From a virus (taxonomy: Duplodnaviria > Caudoviricetes): a DNA stretch of 37,597 bases. Shown piece after piece: positions 34,346 to 37,597 of the stretch. The stretch's first letter is position 1; each line of letters opens with the position of its first letter. The notes under the pieces are model-generated. The model was not told the origin of the DNA. It saw only the letters and a program-made list of their open reading frames with translations, and made no database searches. The stretch is taken from positions 1 through 37,597 of the IMG/VR virus record IMGVR_UViG_3300044297_000134, one strand, 5' to 3'. The translations under genes were made by a program, and so were the position numbers.

Positions 34346-35985
34346 GCTGCACCTCGACGACGGTTTCCCGTCTGCATGACCTTCGCGATTTCACGCGCGG
34401 TATCTTCGGGCAACGGCCCACCGACGCCATAAGAAACATTGATCACAAGCGGCCCGCCACCGTCGCCGCCACCACGCGACGACCGAGGTGATGCGCCACG
34501 GTCGCGCGATGCGCTGCCTGCGCCCTTGGTTTCGGCGGGCGGCGTCATCGCCGTGCCGACGCCGCCCATCGTCAGACCGACGCCGACTGCGGCGACGCCC
34601 GTAGCGATCATGCCCGCGCCCATGCCGGGCGTCAGCGGGTTTGCCGACATGATGGCGCCCTCAAAGATGGCGCGCGTACCGCTGGCGACAAGCTGTTGTC
34701 CGGTCGCCGAAAGGAACGACGCGATCGCCTTCTGCTCGGCATCCTTCTCGCCCTTGATCTTGGCGTCGATGTAGCCTTGCGATGTCGACATGAGTTGCGA
34801 TGCGACGGTTTGCCCGATGCCGATCTGAAATTCCGCTGTCGACTTTTCAACCGCCTTGATTGCGTCGGCCTTCTCTTTCGCGGCTTTCTTTTCTTCCGCC
34901 GCCCGTTCCTTTGCCTCTTTCTTTGCGATCTTCGTCTTTTCCTTTTCCGCTTTCTCAAATCTATTCAATTCCTGATCGGCAAACTTGTCTTCCGTCGCGA
35001 TCAAGTCGCGCATGTTCGCTTCTGTCTCTTTCGCGCGCGCGTCTTCTTCGGCCTGCATGGCAGCGATGCCGCGCTTGATGCGGTCTTGCAGCGCCTTCGC
35101 CGAATACTTGTTGTCGATGACGCCAAACTTTCCGCCGTCCTCTTTCTTTGCGGCGTCGCGCGCAGCCTCTTTCGCCGTTAGTTCGGCATTCGCCTTTGTC
35201 AGCGCCTCAAGTTCTTGTTTCTGTTGCGCAAGGAGACCATTGTAGTCCTTCAATCGCGCGGCTGAATCCTTTGCCATCTGCTCGCGCGCGGCCTGCGCTT
35301 CTTTCATTTCCGGCGTCACAACATCTTGCAGACCGAACGCCTGCCACACCGATGTCATCGCCTGATTTTTCAGTGCGTATGCGCCAGATTTCGCCGCTTG
35401 CTGAATTCCGGGAAGATTCTTGCCAAGCGTTTCGATGCGCTTTTCAAGAGATGCGATGTTGGCGCGGTAGGTGTCCTCTTCGACCTCGCGCGCGGTCTTG
35501 CCGAAGTTCTTGAGTTCCATCTGTGCGTCTTTCAACGCCTGCGTCAAGTCTTCGGTCGTTTTTTTCGGCCCCTCGCGCAACGCTTTGTCGAAGCCATCAA
35601 GCGCGCCGCGCCACGCGCCCATATTGTCGGCGATTTCTTGTTGGATTGCGCTGTATGCCTGCCATGCACTCGAAAGCTGCGAAACGGCGACGGCGGCAAT
35701 ACCGATGCCACCGGCGAGGCCGAGGCCGCCACCAAAAGCCTGCACAACCTGCGGCATGTTGTTGACGACGCCGCGCAAACCATACTGCGCGTCGTCGACA
35801 AATTGACCGAGCACAAGCATCTTTTGCGCGGCCATGCCAGTCGACTTTTCAAGCGCAGGCATCGCCGCGCCGGCCTTCTTCGCGTTGGTCTCAAGTTCGC
35901 TGATTCTGGCGTTCAGTTGCTTCAGTTGATCAGACGCCATGACGGCATCGACGACGACCTTTAGCTCCATTGTCTCGCCGGCCAT
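34342..35985 (-). CDS. Tail tape measure protein
   Basis: 547 aa, helical and Ala/Lys/Glu-rich with Gly-rich hydrophobic segments. DDAQYGLRGVVNN and C-terminal VINVS. Follows the chaperones. Confidence 0.85.
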   Translation of the reverse strand: MAGETMELKVVVDAVMASDQLKQLNARISELETNAKKAGAAMPALEKSTGMAAQKMLVLGQFVDDAQYGLRGVVNNMPQVVQAFGGGLGLAGGIGIAAVAVSQLSSAWQAYSAIQQEIADNMGAWRGALDGFDKALREGPKKTTEDLTQALKDAQMELKNFGKTAREVEEDTYRANIASLEKRIETLGKNLPGIQQAAKSGAYALKNQAMTSVWQAFGLQDVVTPEMKEAQAAREQMAKDSAARLKDYNGLLAQQKQELEALTKANAELTAKEAARDAAKKEDGGKFGVIDNKYSAKALQDRIKRGIAAMQAEEDARAKETEANMRDLIATEDKFADQELNRFEKAEKEKTKIAKKEAKERAAEEKKAAKEKADAIKAVEKSTAEFQIGIGQTVASQLMSTSQGYIDAKIKGEKDAEQKAIASFLSATGQQLVASGTRAIFEGAIMSANPLTPGMGAGMIATGVAAVGVGLTMGGVGTAMTPPAETKGAGSASRDRGASPRSSRGGGDGGGPLVINVSYGVGGPLPEDTAREIAKVMQTGNRRRGAA

Positions 35986-35987
35986 GT

Positions 35988-36347
35988 TCAGCGACCTTTC
36001 TGCGCCGGCAAGGGCGCTGCCTCGCGCTGGCGCGCATCGTCGGTCATCTTAGCACCTCGGCCCGCGTCGATGACGCTAAAAGCGTCGACCGCATGCGTCG
36101 ACAGCACGCGCAGGGCCTCGATCCCCGGCTTGCCCTCGCAGGCACGCCAGAGCGCGAGCGGTCCCGTCACGTCGGGATGATCGAGCAGGTGACGCCGTGG
36201 GCAAGTGCGCGTCTCGTGCTCGGTACCGGCGAAGAACGCCATGCTTGCGCCGCCGTGGCAACCAAAGGATTTCCGCCGCGCTGCGGGACACCGCGAGCAG
36301 TCGAATTCGCTCAGGTCGACAGCGGTTGCAGCCCACAGCGCACGGCT
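35988..36347 (-). CDS. Tail assembly chaperone, -1 frame extension (gpGT-like, about 324 aa fusion)
   Basis: The -1 frame is open from the slippery site to the stop at 35988: SRALWAATAVDLSEFDCSRCP...GCH...TCPRR. Confidence 0.8.
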   Translation of the reverse strand, partial: SRALWAATAVDLSEFDCSRCPAARRKSFGCHGGASMAFFAGTEHETRTCPRRHLLDHPDVTGPLALWRACEGKPGIEALRVLSTHAVDAFSVIDAGRGAKMTDDARQREAAPLPAQKGR

Positions 36348-36961
36348 TTTCCCGGGGGAAGCTCGAGGAAATGCCGCGCCGCCGTGTAAAGCGGCAGCAG
36401 CAGGCCGGCGAGGCGCAGCGCGGGCATCGACTCGGCCACGGTTGGCTTCAATCCCGCAAGCCCATCCAGCTTCGCCACGACGCCCACGACGGTCGTCTCG
36501 TAGGCGCGCTCGAGACGATCATAAGCTTCGCGACGCGCCATGACGTCGTCGCCCTTGCTGGCGTCACGGATGGCCATCCATGCCGCCTGCGTTTGCGCGT
36601 TCCAGAGGCGACGGGTCGCGTCGTCGACGATCTGCATCGTGACCACGATCCCATCAAGCGCGGCGTCTGGCGCAAAGTCGCCAAGCGGCTCGATCGCGTT
36701 GCCCTCTGTCGCTGCTGCAAGTTCGCGCGCGGCGGCGGCGACCTTCGCGCTATCGCGTTCGCCGTGCGCCAGAGACGCGCGCGCGACGAGTTCTCCCACC
36801 TCTTGCCAGTTGGTCGAATCGTCGAGGGGAATCCGCGCCTTCGTGCGCGCGTCGATCTCAGCCTGTCGTGAAGCGCGCGCGGCTTCGTGGGCCTCGCGCA
36901 AGACGTCGAGCAAAGCGACGGGGGCGCCTTGCTGACCGGGATAGATAAGAATTGTGGCCAT
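36311..36961 (-). CDS. Tail assembly chaperone (gpG-like)
   Basis: 216 aa upstream of the tape measure, with a slippery heptamer near its 3' end. Confidence 0.8.
   Translation of the reverse strand: MATILIYPGQQGAPVALLDVLREAHEAARASRQAEIDARTKARIPLDDSTNWQEVGELVARASLAHGERDSAKVAAAARELAAATEGNAIEPLGDFAPDAALDGIVVTMQIVDDATRRLWNAQTQAAWMAIRDASKGDDVMARREAYDRLERAYETTVVGVVAKLDGLAGLKPTVAESMPALRLAGLLLPLYTAARHFLELPPGKAVRCGLQPLST
36347..36353 (-). other. Programmed -1 ribosomal frameshift site G GGA AAA
   Basis: X XXY YYZ heptamer in the correct phase (CCG GGA AAA), analogous to lambda G/GT GGGAAAG. Confidence 0.85.
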
Positions 36962-36970
36962 GCGTCAGGG

Positions 36971-37597
36971 CTACCACGAAAAGACGAAAACCGCACCAAC
37001 GCCGCCAACGCCGCCGGCACCGCCGCTGCCCGTGTTCGATCCGACACCGCCACCACCACCGCCACCACCGCAAACGCCGCCGACGCCGCCCGCCGCACCG
37101 CTTGTGTTCGCGGTAATCGTCCCGCCGCCGCCGCCGCCGCCATAGCCGCCACGGTTCGCGTTTCCTGCCGTTCCGACGCCGCCCGCCGTAGGCGCTGCGC
37201 CCGATGTGCCAGCCGTACCGCCGCCGCCGCCCGTCGTCGTCGCTGCACCGCCCGCAGTAGCAGCGACTAGGGCAGGCGTGACGGTCGCGCCTGCACCGCA
37301 ACCGCCGCCTGCGCCGCCCCAGACAGTGCCGCCACCGGCAGAGTTCGCGGGGACGTTGGTGTGTCCTCCGCCTCCGCTGCCGCCGTGCTCGGTCATCACG
37401 GGCGCCGTCGCGGTCACGCTGCCCGCACTACCGCCGCCGCCGACGGGGACGGCGACGACAGGAGCGCCAGCGGTGCCAGCGGTGGCGCTTCCGCTGCCGC
37501 CGGCACCCATGCTGCCGCCGCCGCCACCGCCACCACCCGCAGCAGCAGAGTTCGCACCGCCGCTTCCGCCGCCGCCACCGAATGCGCTGATAGCGTT
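36971..37597 (-). CDS. Glycine-rich tail fibre-like protein, 3' part
   Basis: Gly-rich repeats ending GGAGGVGGVGAVFVFSW. In frame with 1..1064 after circularisation. Confidence 0.85.
   Translation of the reverse strand, partial: NAISAFGGGGGSGGANSAAAGGGGGGGGSMGAGGSGSATAGTAGAPVVAVPVGGGGSAGSVTATAPVMTEHGGSGGGGHTNVPANSAGGGTVWGGAGGGCGAGATVTPALVAATAGGAATTTGGGGGTAGTSGAAPTAGGVGTAGNANRGGYGGGGGGGTITANTSGAAGGVGGVCGGGGGGGGVGSNTGSGGAGGVGGVGAVFVFSW
37455..37597. repeat. Terminal direct repeat, copy 2
   Basis: Matches 1-143 with one mismatch. Confidence 0.95.

Noticed and set aside
37455-37597. 143-bp repeat as physical terminal repeats of the virion DNA
   Set aside because: It falls in the middle of a gene and has a length typical of assembler overlaps.

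Overview
This window looks like a complete, circularly permuted, GC-rich tailed-phage genome of about 37.45 kb. Bases 1-143 recur at 37455-37597 with one mismatch. A tail tube, G/GT chaperone and tape measure with no sheath point to a siphovirus-like virion. Back-to-back sigma70-like promoters at 22962-23027 split the genome. The rightward arm carries a Sak4-like ATPase, SSB-like protein, HTH regulator, RusA-like resolvase, PD-(D/E)XK nuclease, DNA methyltransferase and small ORFs. The leftward arm carries a mini-methyltransferase, RadD-like helicase, frameshifted HNH-recombinase-domain fusion and primase-polymerase, then terminases, portal, head genes, a lysis-like cassette and tail genes running across the circular junction. 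I found no integrase, tRNA or CRISPR array. The most notable feature is a three-gene unit (5701-8853) with its own promoter inside the head module. It encodes head-spike-like proteins that all have signal-peptide-like N-termini and even numbers of cysteines, suggesting exported, disulfide-bonded virion or cell-surface proteins. Other observations: leaderless late promoters sharing a TTATGTAAG motif, a 2+1 repeated tail-tip module, a possible tail-tube readthrough fusion, a helicase with an SSB-tail mimic, and several broken accessory genes. All family assignments come from motif recognition by eye, not database searches.
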